Assembly: GCA_965217585.1 (NCBI GenBank)
Contig: OZ244561.1
Coordinates: forward strand, 2,048,001 to 2,112,000
Reading direction: 5' to 3'
Source: Candidatus Latescibacterota bacterium
GTDB lineage: Bacteria; Latescibacterota; UBA2968; UBA8231
Length of the DNA: 64,000 nt
Of the stretch, positions 45,934-55,590 are shown one piece after another (the stretch's first letter is position 1; every line of letters starts with the position of its first letter). The notes under the pieces were generated by a model. That model searched no databases. It was not told the DNA's origin and saw nothing but the letters and a program-made list of their open reading frames with translations. A program made the translations under genes and the position numbers.

Positions 45934-46722
45934 TTAGCGCAATAACTCGACCAATTGTTCGTAGATTCCCGGCGTAGCCGCGACCAAGTCGCGGCCGTAC
46001 AATTCTTCCGGCAGTTCGCCCTCCACGGGCTGTAAGTGCCCAACGCGAGCGCCCGCTTCCCGCGCTATCAGGGCCGCCGCCGCCAAGTCCCAAGGCTTGA
46101 GCGCCTCGTAAAAGCCGTCGAGCCGACCCATCGCCACCCAGCAGAGATCAATAGCAGCCGAGCCTACGCGGCGGATGTCGCGGCAGTGTCCGAGGACGCG
46201 GCGCAAGCGCTCCACCAGCGCCACTCTGGCCTCGGCGGCGTAGGGGAAGCCCGTGCCAATCAGGGCGCGGGATAGCTGATTGCACTCGCTGGCCCGGATG
46301 GCGCGGCCGTTAAGCCAAGCACCCGCACCACGCCGGGCGGTAAAGGTCTCATCCACGAACGGGCAGCGCACCACTCCGACCTGTACTTGACCGCCTTCGG
46401 CAAAGGCGATCGACACGGCTACTTGGTGCTGGTTATAGGCGTAGTTGACGGTGCCGTCAATCGGATCGACGACCCACAAGGGACCGCGTAGCTGGGCCGG
46501 GTCTGTAAGGTGGGGCGAGGACTCTTCGGAGAGGATGTAGTGGTCGGGAAAGGTCTTTTCGATCTCGCTACGGATGAGTTGGTCGGACTGCAAATCAGCC
46601 GACGTCAACAGCTCAATCCCCTCCTTGTAGCTCAGATCCAGTGCCCGGTCCTCACGTGCTTTGGCGATCAGCACCCCGGCGCGCCGGGCGAGGTCTTCGG
46701 CAAATTCGAGAACCTCGCTCAA
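45934..46722 (-). CDS. suhB: Inositol monophosphatase family protein
   Basis: LSEE, WVVDPIDGTVNY, GSAA, KPWDLAA; TTG start overlaps the upstream stop. Confidence 0.88.
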   Translation of the reverse strand: MSEVLEFAEDLARRAGVLIAKAREDRALDLSYKEGIELLTSADLQSDQLIRSEIEKTFPDHYILSEESSPHLTDPAQLRGPLWVVDPIDGTVNYAYNQHQVAVSIAFAEGGQVQVGVVRCPFVDETFTARRGAGAWLNGRAIRASECNQLSRALIGTGFPYAAEARVALVERLRRVLGHCRDIRRVGSAAIDLCWVAMGRLDGFYEALKPWDLAAAALIAREAGARVGHLQPVEGELPEELYGRDLVAATPGIYEQLVELLR

Positions 46723-47855
46723 CAGTGCGCCCCCAACTCCATTGGATACGGCGACAGATTCTCCAAGCCGCCCTCGGTAATCAGGTACATATTTTCCAAT
46801 CGCACCCCCGCCCGCGCCTCGGGGATATAGGCTCCCGGCTCGACCGAGACCACATTGCCCACGCGCAAGGTGCCGCCGCGCTCCTTGTTGAGATCGGGCA
46901 TCTGGTGCGCCCGCAGGCCGATGTTGTGCCCGGCGTGGTGGATCAAGCCGACGTCGGCCAATTTGGGATGCTCGCGGATATAGGCGTCCATGGCCACTGC
47001 GCATTCGCGGCCGTCCTTGCCCGGCCGCAAGTATTCGCCGACGTGGTCGTGAAAGCCCTTGACGTGATCGAAGACGGACTGCTGCACCTCGGTCGGCTCG
47101 CCCACCGCAAAGCTGCGGCACAAATCCGCCCAATAGCCGCGGTACACCGACCAAGCGTCGATGACGTAGATTTCCCCGGCCTCGATCGGGCGATTGCGCG
47201 CAAAACCGCCCAGCTCGCCGCACTGGTAGTCGCCGTCGTGGAAAACCTTCTCACCGGCCGCAAGATGCGCTGCCCGCTGCGCTGCCGCTAGCACTGCCAG
47301 CTCGTTGACGCCTGGGGCCATCGCCGCTTCTGCCGCGGCGTAGGCCGCCAGATCGACCTGCACTACCTTGCGCAGCAGTTCGATCTCGTCGGGATCCTTG
47401 ACCTCCTGCATGTCGGCGAGCAGATCATCAACCGCGACCCATGCGGGCGTTTTGCCCAGCCCTTCCTCAACCGCCAGCCCCAAGCGACGCGGCAAAAACT
47501 CGCTCTGCCAGCCCAAGCGCCCAGCCACCGGCTTTTTGGCGCGCAGCGTATCGACGATTAGCCCACTTATCACCTCGCGCAAGTCGGGCGTGACCGTGCC
47601 GCCGACGCTGAGGGAAAAGGTGAAACACTCGTCGGCGCACGGCTCGCCTTCGTCGGTATGTGCGATCAGCAAGGAGCGCCCATCGGCCCCCAGCCAGAAG
47701 AGCGCCGGCGGACCGGGAAACTCTTCGGGGATGATGATTCCGGTGAAGTAGTAGATTTCCTTCGGGTGATTGATCACGGCCGCGTCGATATCGAGTTCGG
47801 CCAGCCGCGCACACAGGCGTTGCTGCCGAGTGCGGCATCCTTCTTTGCTCAGCAT
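46719..47855 (-). CDS. Xaa-Pro peptidase (M24) family protein
   Basis: KDPDEIE, ID..GYWAD, HHAGHNIG, VEPG.Y, GVRLEN. Confidence 0.85.
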   Translation of the reverse strand: MLSKEGCRTRQQRLCARLAELDIDAAVINHPKEIYYFTGIIIPEEFPGPPALFWLGADGRSLLIAHTDEGEPCADECFTFSLSVGGTVTPDLREVISGLIVDTLRAKKPVAGRLGWQSEFLPRRLGLAVEEGLGKTPAWVAVDDLLADMQEVKDPDEIELLRKVVQVDLAAYAAAEAAMAPGVNELAVLAAAQRAAHLAAGEKVFHDGDYQCGELGGFARNRPIEAGEIYVIDAWSVYRGYWADLCRSFAVGEPTEVQQSVFDHVKGFHDHVGEYLRPGKDGRECAVAMDAYIREHPKLADVGLIHHAGHNIGLRAHQMPDLNKERGGTLRVGNVVSVEPGAYIPEARAGVRLENMYLITEGGLENLSPYPMELGAHC

Positions 47856-48075
47856 AGTGTTTTCCTTTTCGGTACTGCCGCCAGCATCCCTCCGCTGCGA
47901 GTGCTGGCGGCGCGGCTTAGTTTCTATTGATCGCAACTGCGACGGGACGGACATATTAACGAACCGCATCGCTCCTGAAAAGTTAGGCTGAGCGCGGTGG
48001 CATCCTCCCCGCGCCTTGAGCCACCCGCTAGCCGCTCCGTATATTCTCAGCCCATTCCCAAACGAAAGTACATTC

Positions 48076-49248
48076 ATGATTCCGAACCGACTCATTCTCG
48101 CCGCCTGTCTATTTCTCGCTCCGCTCCCAGCATCGAGCGAAGGTTTCCACGGCTTTGACCCGGCGACCTACGACGGGCTGATGCTCCCGCCGACAGCGCT
48201 ACAGGCAATGGCTGCCGAGGCCGCGCAACACTCGCCCCCTAAAAACGGCGAAAACCTAGTCTTTGGCTTTGCCAACCTGCAGCGCGACATCAGCTTTGGC
48301 ATCAAGGTCGAAAAGAGCATTGAGCGCAACGCCGAGGCCACCGGTATCGAGTTGCTGATCGCCGACAACCGGCTCGACGGGCCGACCGCCCTAGCCAACG
48401 CCGAGAGCTTTGCCCGACGCCAAGTTGACTTCTGCATCGAGTTCCAAACCGACGTCAACTTCGGTCCGGCGATCATGCAGCACTTCGACCGCAAGCAGAT
48501 CGGCGTGGTCGCCATCGACATCCCCATGCCGGGTGCCACCTACTTCGGCGCAAACAACCCCCGCTCGGGTTTTATGGGCGGCTCCTATCTGGCGCAGGCG
48601 GCCAAAGTGCGCTTTGGCGACCGGGCGCTCACCGAGGGGTATTTCGTCGTTGGCGAACTGCCGCAGTCGGGCGCGATCCCCGCCATGCGCACGGAGGGAC
48701 AGATTGCCGGTTTCCTCGCCTCGCTGCCCGGCTTCCCCCCCGAACGCATCATCCGCATCGACACCAAGAACACGCTGCAATACTCCTTCCAGCAGATGAG
48801 CAACGCGCTCGGACGCATCCCCCAAGGCGCGCCGATCCTGATCACCGCCATCAACGACCAGTCGGTCTCCGGCATGTTGCGCGCCGTGCAGCAGCAGGGG
48901 CGCGGCGAAGACGCGCTGGTCGTTGGTAAGGGTGCCGACGAGTTGGAGACGATGGTCGCGGAGGAGCACTTCATCGCCTCGGTCGCCTATTTCCCCGAGC
49001 GCTATGGCAACTATCTCATCCCGCTGAGCCTAATGCGTCTGGCTGGCCGCGACGTGCCACCGGCGGTCTCGGTCAACCACGTAATGGTCCACCCGGCCAA
49101 CATCTGTCAATTCTACCCCGAACACGAATGCCAAGGCGAACCGGGCTTCGACTACGTCTTCCCACAGGAAGCCTTTGTCGCACATCTGGCCACCCTGAAG
49201 GGCAAGCCCGAACTCGCCGGCTACGAGCAGTTGATCCCCGACCACTAG
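48076..49248 (+). CDS. Sugar ABC transporter substrate-binding protein
   Basis: Signal peptide; VAIDIPMPGATYFGANN; AIND. Confidence 0.85.
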   Translation: MIPNRLILAACLFLAPLPASSEGFHGFDPATYDGLMLPPTALQAMAAEAAQHSPPKNGENLVFGFANLQRDISFGIKVEKSIERNAEATGIELLIADNRLDGPTALANAESFARRQVDFCIEFQTDVNFGPAIMQHFDRKQIGVVAIDIPMPGATYFGANNPRSGFMGGSYLAQAAKVRFGDRALTEGYFVVGELPQSGAIPAMRTEGQIAGFLASLPGFPPERIIRIDTKNTLQYSFQQMSNALGRIPQGAPILITAINDQSVSGMLRAVQQQGRGEDALVVGKGADELETMVAEEHFIASVAYFPERYGNYLIPLSLMRLAGRDVPPAVSVNHVMVHPANICQFYPEHECQGEPGFDYVFPQEAFVAHLATLKGKPELAGYEQLIPDH

Positions 49249-49249
49249 C

Positions 49250-50755
49250 ATGGGCCATACCGCACCCTTGTTGCAGATGGCAGGCATCTGCAAATCCTTC
49301 GGCAGCGCCCAAGTTTTGCGCGAGGTTGATCTTCGTTTAGACGCCGGGGAGGTCTTAGCGCTGCTGGGCGCCAACGGGGCGGGTAAATCCACGCTAGTGA
49401 AGATCCTCTGCGGCGTGTACAGTCGCGACGCTGGCACCGTCCGCCTCGACGGTCAGGCAGTGCGCTACGACCGGCCCGAGGAGGCCATCGCCCACGGCGT
49501 CCGCTTTTTGCCCCAGGAAGTATCGGTCTTGCCCGATCTCACGGTCGCCGAAAACATCCTCATCGCCGATCTGCCGCTCAAACGCTCGTGGCTTGGCAAG
49601 GAAGTGGACCGCACGGCGCTGCGCGCCAAAGCGCGGGCATTGCTCGACCGGCTCGGCTGCGACCTCGATCCCGACGCGCCGGTACACCAGCTTTCCGCAC
49701 CGCACAAGCGCCTAGTAGAGATCGCCCGCGCCCTCGCCGGCCAAGCGCGGATCATCGTCATGGACGAGCCAACCGCTGCCCTCGCCGACCGCGAGGTGCA
49801 AGCGCTCTTCGCCGTGGTCGAGCGGCTCAAGGCGCAGCAGATCGGCATCATCTACATATCCCACTACCTCGACGAGGTCTTCGAGATCGCCGACCGTATC
49901 ACCGTGCTCCGCGACGGGCTAAACGCCGGCGATTTCGCCACCGCTTCGCGGCGCGCAGTCCTCGACGCCATGCTCGGCACCACCGTTGGCGAACTCTACC
50001 CGCCGCGAGGCGCAAGCATTGGCGAGGTTGCGTTGGAGGTCGAAAACCTGAGCCTGCCCGGCGCGCTCGACAGCGTGTCCTTCTCGATCCACCGCGGCGA
50101 GATCCTCGGCGTCTTCGGTCTGCTCGGCTCGGGGATCGACCAGCTCGGTCGGGCCATCTACGGTGCGCTAGGTCCGCTGCCCGGCGCTCGCATTGCGCTC
50201 GGGGGAGCACCCTATATCCCGACCAACCCGCGCCGGGGCCGCGACGCGGGCATCGGTTTTGTCGCTGCCGAACGCCAACGCGAGGGCATCGTCCCCGACC
50301 TCGGCGTCAGTGCCAATATCACCCTGCCCTTTATCGACCGCTTCGTGCGCCTGTTCTCCGTGTCCAAGCCACGCGAAGCAAGCCACGCGCAAAGCTGGAT
50401 CGACCGACTGGGGATTCGCGCTGCTCACCCCGACCAACCGCTGCGCTTGCTCTCGGGCGGCAACCAGCAGAAGGCCTGCTTGGCCCGCTGGCTGGTCGAG
50501 GGCCTCAAGGTACTCATCCTCGAAGAACCGACCCGAGGCGTGGACTTGGGCGCCCGCCACGAACTCTACTTGGCGCTGCGGCAGTGGACCCAACAGGGGC
50601 TTGCCGTACTCTTGATTTCCTCCGACGCCGAAGAAGTCGCCGGCGTCTGCGACCGTTCCATCGTCCTCGACCGCGGTCGGGTGTCCAGCCGCTTTTCTGG
50701 CGGCGCGGCTCCGGCCGACTTGCTCCACACCCCGACTGCGAAAGACCTTCCATGA
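49250..50755 (+). CDS. Sugar ABC transporter ATP-binding protein (RbsA-like)
   Basis: GANGAGKST, MDEPT, LSGGNQQK. Confidence 0.95.
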   Translation: MGHTAPLLQMAGICKSFGSAQVLREVDLRLDAGEVLALLGANGAGKSTLVKILCGVYSRDAGTVRLDGQAVRYDRPEEAIAHGVRFLPQEVSVLPDLTVAENILIADLPLKRSWLGKEVDRTALRAKARALLDRLGCDLDPDAPVHQLSAPHKRLVEIARALAGQARIIVMDEPTAALADREVQALFAVVERLKAQQIGIIYISHYLDEVFEIADRITVLRDGLNAGDFATASRRAVLDAMLGTTVGELYPPRGASIGEVALEVENLSLPGALDSVSFSIHRGEILGVFGLLGSGIDQLGRAIYGALGPLPGARIALGGAPYIPTNPRRGRDAGIGFVAAERQREGIVPDLGVSANITLPFIDRFVRLFSVSKPREASHAQSWIDRLGIRAAHPDQPLRLLSGGNQQKACLARWLVEGLKVLILEEPTRGVDLGARHELYLALRQWTQQGLAVLLISSDAEEVAGVCDRSIVLDRGRVSSRFSGGAAPADLLHTPTAKDLP

Positions 50756-51705
50756 GCATCGCCACCTTATTGAACCGTCCCGGAGCCGGCGTCGCCTTGT
50801 TATTGATGTTCTACCTCTTGGTCGCCGTGCTCTTCAGCGTACTCTCGCCTTGGTTTTTGTCCTTCGACAACATGGTGAGCATCGGGGCCAATATGGCCTT
50901 TATCGGCTTGATGTGCGCGTTGCAAACGCCGCTGATCATCGCCGGGGGCCTCGATCTGTCGGTGGCGGCAGTGGCCGGGCTGGCCGGGGTCGTCGTCGCG
51001 CTACTTCACGCCTCGGGCGTCGGCATTGTCGCCGCCTGTCTCATCGCGCTGGCACTGGGTGGGGGCATCGGACTGCTCAACGGCCTGTTGGCCGTACGCC
51101 TCGGGCTCAACCCGCTGATCGCCACCATGGGCACGATGAGCGTCATCGGTGGGCTGGCCCTAGTCCTGACCGGCGGGCTAACCAAACCGCTGATGGAACC
51201 CGGTTTCAACTGGCTCGGCAGTGGTCAGCTTTTGCGGCTGCCGGTGCCGCTGGTGTTGATGCTGCTGGTCTATGGCGCACTCGGTTGGGTGCTCGCGCGG
51301 ACTCGCTTCGGTCGCTTCGTCTATGCCGCAGGCAGCAACGCCGAAGCCAGTCGGCTGGTCGGCGTTCCCGTCGCTCGGACCCTGATGATCCTCTACGTCC
51401 TCTCCGGCCTCAGCGGAGCAGTCAGCGGTCTAATCCTCGCGGCCATGCTCTACGCGGCGGCACCCGACGCGGCGGGGCAGCATCTGTTGACGGTGATCGC
51501 CGCTGTGATCTTGGGCGGCACGAGTCTCTTCGGGGGGCGCGGCACGGTGTGGGGGACCTTGTTGGCGGTGCTCTTGCTGGGCACCCTCAACAACGGGCTG
51601 ACGCTGATGGATGTGTCTAGCTTCTGGCAGGATGTAACGCGCGGCGCAGTGCTCCTGTTGGCCGTCGGCCTCGACCAAGTTCGCACCCGCGCCGTGGGCG
51701 CTTAG
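50752..51705 (+). CDS. Sugar ABC transporter permease (RbsC-like)
   Basis: GGLDLSV, TRFGR..YA.G.N..A, IAAVILGGTSL.GG.G; ATGA overlap. Confidence 0.93.
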   Translation: MSIATLLNRPGAGVALLLMFYLLVAVLFSVLSPWFLSFDNMVSIGANMAFIGLMCALQTPLIIAGGLDLSVAAVAGLAGVVVALLHASGVGIVAACLIALALGGGIGLLNGLLAVRLGLNPLIATMGTMSVIGGLALVLTGGLTKPLMEPGFNWLGSGQLLRLPVPLVLMLLVYGALGWVLARTRFGRFVYAAGSNAEASRLVGVPVARTLMILYVLSGLSGAVSGLILAAMLYAAAPDAAGQHLLTVIAAVILGGTSLFGGRGTVWGTLLAVLLLGTLNNGLTLMDVSSFWQDVTRGAVLLLAVGLDQVRTRAVGA

Positions 51706-51734
51706 CTCGACTTTATCCCTTCAAGTAGCATATT

Positions 51735-52694
51735 TCAAAATAGGTATGCCGCACTTTCAAGAAAACTACGACGTTTGTTTACGTCTGTAATGCAATCTGC
51801 AAAACGATGAGCGCCATAGAGAATCTTCAACCGATGTTCATCGCCACCGCCATCTTTTATGGTGATTTCCTCACGCCAGTAGTCCGATGTACGAGGATCG
51901 TGCTCCGATTTCACGGAGTATCTGTTTTCAGCTTGCGGGAATTTCGGAAGGCTCAACCACAACTCAATATGTTGCTGATGAGCTGTCATCCCTTTATGCG
52001 CCAATGAAGAATACCCCAATGCCTGCAGATCCAATAGAGCTACGGCATGATTTATGATATGGATCGGTCCACCAACGCCTCTTTTGGTGAAGTTGTCTGG
52101 TACGACATAGCGGGATACTGCATCGATCATGTCGACATAGCTCTCATAGGGATGATCGACCAGTTCTTGAGCTACTGAGAACTCACGGGGGTCTGCTAAT
52201 TTCTCATTACCTGGTACATGTGCCCATCCCGGCCCCCGTCCCTCAAAAGCTTTGAGCAAGTCATTGATACCTTCTATAATCGCAGGAAATGCATACTGTG
52301 GTGCAGCATGTAGTGCCTTTAGAGCTAAGGACGCGAAGATAGTATTGTGTCCTGAATCCCGACATTCGGTGATACTTGGCTCAAGTGCAGCGGCAACAGA
52401 TGGTATTAGATCCGCGTTTGGTCTCTGATCTAGTTCGGTCGAGAAAAAAATCTCATTGGTTGAAGATTCCCCATCCCTGCTGAACCAGATTGACTCTGAG
52501 TTGACCATGCGTTTCACGAGATCATAGACTTCGGCCTGAACCTCGGTTGAGAGGGCATTCTCAACACAAAAAAAATATGCAGCCAACATCGCAGCCGCTG
52601 GATGGGCGGACATACGATTCTTACTGATTGCCCGGCTCATACCAATGAGCCCTTTAAGCAAAAACTCATCTACGATACTAGTCTTGCTATTCAT
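51735..52694 (-). CDS. Hypothetical His-motif helical protein, low GC
   Basis: 319-aa ORF with SD AGGAG; AHP, SGHN, IHIINH and EHR motifs; family not recognised. Confidence 0.6.
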   Translation of the reverse strand: MNSKTSIVDEFLLKGLIGMSRAISKNRMSAHPAAAMLAAYFFCVENALSTEVQAEVYDLVKRMVNSESIWFSRDGESSTNEIFFSTELDQRPNADLIPSVAAALEPSITECRDSGHNTIFASLALKALHAAPQYAFPAIIEGINDLLKAFEGRGPGWAHVPGNEKLADPREFSVAQELVDHPYESYVDMIDAVSRYVVPDNFTKRGVGGPIHIINHAVALLDLQALGYSSLAHKGMTAHQQHIELWLSLPKFPQAENRYSVKSEHDPRTSDYWREEITIKDGGGDEHRLKILYGAHRFADCITDVNKRRSFLESAAYLF

Positions 52695-52791
52695 GGAAGA
52701 CTCCTTCCTAATAACCGAACGGCGAATATATGGTACCTCTACTTCATTGCGGTGATATGTTGCTTGTACGCTGATGCTTTTTCCCCGTTTC

Positions 52792-52873
52792 TTCTAACGT
52801 TTCAGTGCCCCCGAACCGCGAAGCGGTTGGGCGAAGGGGCTTTTGCCCCGAAGCCGGGGGCACGGTGTTAGAG
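52792..52873 (-). mobile_element. attC-like integron cassette recombination site (solitary, possibly degenerate)
   Basis: Minus strand CTCTAAC..GTGCCCCCG...CCGCTTCGCGG...CGGGGGCAC.TGAAAC.GTTAGAA, 12 nt after a stop codon. Confidence 0.6.
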
Positions 52874-52885
52874 GCTGTGCGCCAC

Positions 52886-53470
52886 TCAGATTTCCCAGTT
52901 CGACACATATGATCGGCTCTTAAGTCGCTCCGCAAGCTCAGTCAGTACAGATAGCGACCTGTTTAACCTGGCCGTAGTTGCGTCGTCGAGTTCGCCTCCC
53001 TCAACCCAATTACCGCCGTGGGCATACACATTATACGGGCTGATAATGCACTTGAAATCCAGCATGAGGGACGTTGCCAGCGAAGCAAACGCCATATAGC
53101 TGTGCGGCAACCCACCCGCATTGACAAACATCACTACCTTGTCGTAGAAAGCTCCTCTGATCGACCCGCCTGGTGGCGTGGAGCCTATATACTCGACAAA
53201 TTTCTTGAGTTCAGAGCAGCACGCCCAGTTGTATACTGGACTAGCCAATATTACGGCATCAGAGACTGAAATGACCCTGTGGCACGATTGGTACACCTCG
53301 GATGAATAGATCTCGTCGTCGTCGAAATTTGGCGGATCAAGTTGTCGAAGATCGATGAAGTCCACAGAAATGCCCTTGTCCTCCAGGGCGGTCCGACACA
53401 TGGCAGCAAGCACTCTACTGTGACTGTCAGCATTGAGACTGCTGCTGACGACTGAAATCCTCATCTGCAC
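52886..53470 (-). CDS. NADPH-dependent FMN reductase
   Basis: SSL..DSHS, DAVILASPVYNW, flavodoxin-fold pattern. Confidence 0.85.
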   Translation of the reverse strand: MQMRISVVSSSLNADSHSRVLAAMCRTALEDKGISVDFIDLRQLDPPNFDDDEIYSSEVYQSCHRVISVSDAVILASPVYNWACCSELKKFVEYIGSTPPGGSIRGAFYDKVVMFVNAGGLPHSYMAFASLATSLMLDFKCIISPYNVYAHGGNWVEGGELDDATTARLNRSLSVLTELAERLKSRSYVSNWEI

Positions 53471-53623
53471 CTTTCTTCTCTTCTAGATCGGGCCACCTCG
53501 CATGGCCTATCGGTCGGATTTCCACCTGTTTGACCCGCCCCCCTTGCCGATGTCCGCTTATTTTGCGCGTTCATGCTATTGCTCCTTGCAAATGAGTTTG
53601 TTCTGCCCGCTACTCAAATTAGC

Positions 53624-53657
53624 AAAAAAAAAGGCCCTCCGAATCGCTCGAAGGACC
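53624..53657 (-). terminator. Intrinsic terminator
   Basis: Minus strand GGTCCTTCGA-GCGAT-TCGGAGGGCC followed by T9. Confidence 0.8.
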
Positions 53658-53691
53658 AGTCTGGAGGTCCGCAATAAGGCCAGAACATGAC

Positions 53692-53707
53692 CTGTCCCAA
53701 AGGACAG
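53692..53707. promoter_or_regulatory. Palindrome, candidate NarL/LuxR-type operator
   Basis: CTGTCC-CAAA-GGACAG immediately downstream of the response regulator. Confidence 0.4.
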
Positions 53708-53719
53708 TCTAGCGCTAAT

Positions 53720-54361
53720 TCACACTGTAATAAGCCCTTGTTGTGCAGCCAAAGCCACGGCTTCGGTGCGGTTGCCGGCCCCCAGCTTGCGCATCAGGGA
53801 GCTGACGTGAAACTTGGCGGTGCGCTCACCAATGTGGAGGACTGCGGCGATTTCCTTGTTCTGCAAGCCCTTGGCCAAGAGTTCGAGCACTTCCCGTTCC
53901 CGCGGCGTCAACCCACCCGGTGCGCCCCCCTTGCCACTGACCTGGCCGAGCAAGCGCGCGGCGACCACCGGCTGCAAGAGCGACCCCCCGGCATAGACTA
54001 TGCGAATGGCCTGAAAAACCTCTTCCCGCGGCGCGCTCTTGAGCAGATAGCCTTGCGCCCCGGCCTGCACGGCGCGCAAAATCCGGTCATCGGTTGCAAA
54101 AATGGTAAAGACGATGACTTTGTTGGGCAGCCCCTTCTGCGCCAATTCCTCCAAGGCCGCCAAGCCGTCGGTACCGGGCATTTCCAGATCCATCAGCACC
54201 ACGTCGGGATTCAGCGTCTCGATCTGGCGCACGGCTTCAGCCCCATCGCCAGCTTCCCCGACGACCGCAAAATCCACTTGAGTCTCCAGCATTGCCGCCA
54301 GACCAGCCCGCACTACCGGATGATCGTCGACCAGCAAAATGCGTATCTCAGTTTCCGCCAT
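53720..54361 (-). CDS. NarL/LuxR-family response regulator
   Basis: LVDDH, LMDLEMP..DG, YLLK, LTPREREVL...G..NKEIA. Confidence 0.95.
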   Translation of the reverse strand: MAETEIRILLVDDHPVVRAGLAAMLETQVDFAVVGEAGDGAEAVRQIETLNPDVVLMDLEMPGTDGLAALEELAQKGLPNKVIVFTIFATDDRILRAVQAGAQGYLLKSAPREEVFQAIRIVYAGGSLLQPVVAARLLGQVSGKGGAPGGLTPREREVLELLAKGLQNKEIAAVLHIGERTAKFHVSSLMRKLGAGNRTEAVALAAQQGLITV

Positions 54362-55505
54362 CCGCCTCCAGGGGAATGACCGCGGCAATGCGCGTCCCCT
54401 GCCCCGGTTTACTCTCCACATTTAAGCGCCCGCCCAAGAGTCGCGCCCGCTCGCCCAAGCCGACCAAGCCGAAGCGATCGCCCGACAACTGATCCGGCGC
54501 AAAACCCCGTCCATCGTCTGCGATCCGCAAGGTGGCTGCCGCTGGTGTAATCTCCAGTTCGAGGCGCACCCGCTGGGCGTTGGCGTGCTGCCGGACGTTG
54601 GCCAGGGCTTCCTGGGCGATGCGGTAGAGTCCAACCTCGACCCGCGACGGCAGGGGCCTAGCACCGACGATTTCGACCTCGACTTCGGGACCGGTGCCAG
54701 AAGACCCCAGTCCCTCTAACGCCTCCTCCAGCGAGCGCCCCTCTAAAGACGCAGCCCGCATGTCCGACACCGAGCGCCGCACTTCTTCGAGATTAGCCCG
54801 CACCATCGCCATGAGCTTATTCAAGATGCGCCGCAATTTTTCGCGCTTGGCACCGGCCTCAAAGAGTGCGTCCATCGCCTCTAGCTGCATCAGCACCCCC
54901 GCCTGGCCCTGGCCGAGGATGTCGTGGATTTCGCGGGCCAGCCGATTGCGCTCCTCTACCGCCCCTAGCTCTGCGCTCTGGTCGAAAAGACGCGCGCGCT
55001 CAATGGCGATACCGAGCATATCTCCGACCGTCTCCAACAGGCGCAAATCCTCTGTCGCAATCTCTTGCCAATCGCTGCTGACCACATTGAGCATCCCCAG
55101 CTTCTTTTCTTGGGCGTAGAGCGGCACGCTGGCATGGTGCTGCAATCCCGCCGTCCCCGCGGTCCGGCCGTCGAGCCGACTGCAAACGACGGCGTTGACG
55201 TTGGCCGCTCCCTGCAAGTCGCCCTTGCGGAAGGTGCTAAGGCAATAGCAGTCGCCTTCCATGCTGCGGGGATCGTCCGCCAAGGCTGGGGGCAAATTGC
55301 GCGCGGCGGCCAAATAACTTTTTCCGCTCTCCTCGTCGAGCAACCAAATCCATCCGGTCTGCAAGTCAAAATGCGCAGTGATCTGTTCCAAAGCCACGGC
55401 CAAGGCTGCGGATAGCTCCGCCGAGCCGTTGAGTTGATGGGCAATGGTGTTGAGAATGGTCAACTCGCGATTGCGCTGTGCGAGTGCAGCGATGGGTTGT
55501 TCCAT
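54348..55505 (-). CDS. GAF-domain sensor histidine kinase (HisKA_3)
   Basis: ERNRLAREIHD, QEALANV..HA, DDGRGF, G..G..ER; Cys-containing GAF (CYC..VCSRL). Confidence 0.93.
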   Translation of the reverse strand: MEQPIAALAQRNRELTILNTIAHQLNGSAELSAALAVALEQITAHFDLQTGWIWLLDEESGKSYLAAARNLPPALADDPRSMEGDCYCLSTFRKGDLQGAANVNAVVCSRLDGRTAGTAGLQHHASVPLYAQEKKLGMLNVVSSDWQEIATEDLRLLETVGDMLGIAIERARLFDQSAELGAVEERNRLAREIHDILGQGQAGVLMQLEAMDALFEAGAKREKLRRILNKLMAMVRANLEEVRRSVSDMRAASLEGRSLEEALEGLGSSGTGPEVEVEIVGARPLPSRVEVGLYRIAQEALANVRQHANAQRVRLELEITPAAATLRIADDGRGFAPDQLSGDRFGLVGLGERARLLGGRLNVESKPGQGTRIAAVIPLEADGGN

Positions 55506-55590
55506 GTAATCTCACATCTGCGTTCATCTGCGGATACGTTACCGTCGGGCGACAGCCGATAGGGGTTTTGAGACAGCTTCTTAGGCGGGC

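Noticed and set aside
45934-51705. Long N-terminal extensions or fusions in the ORF track (45934-47223, 46719-48095, 49588-51705; also 2071-3270)
   Set aside because: They overlap genuine upstream genes in another frame; downstream starts with SD or stop/start overlap fit better.
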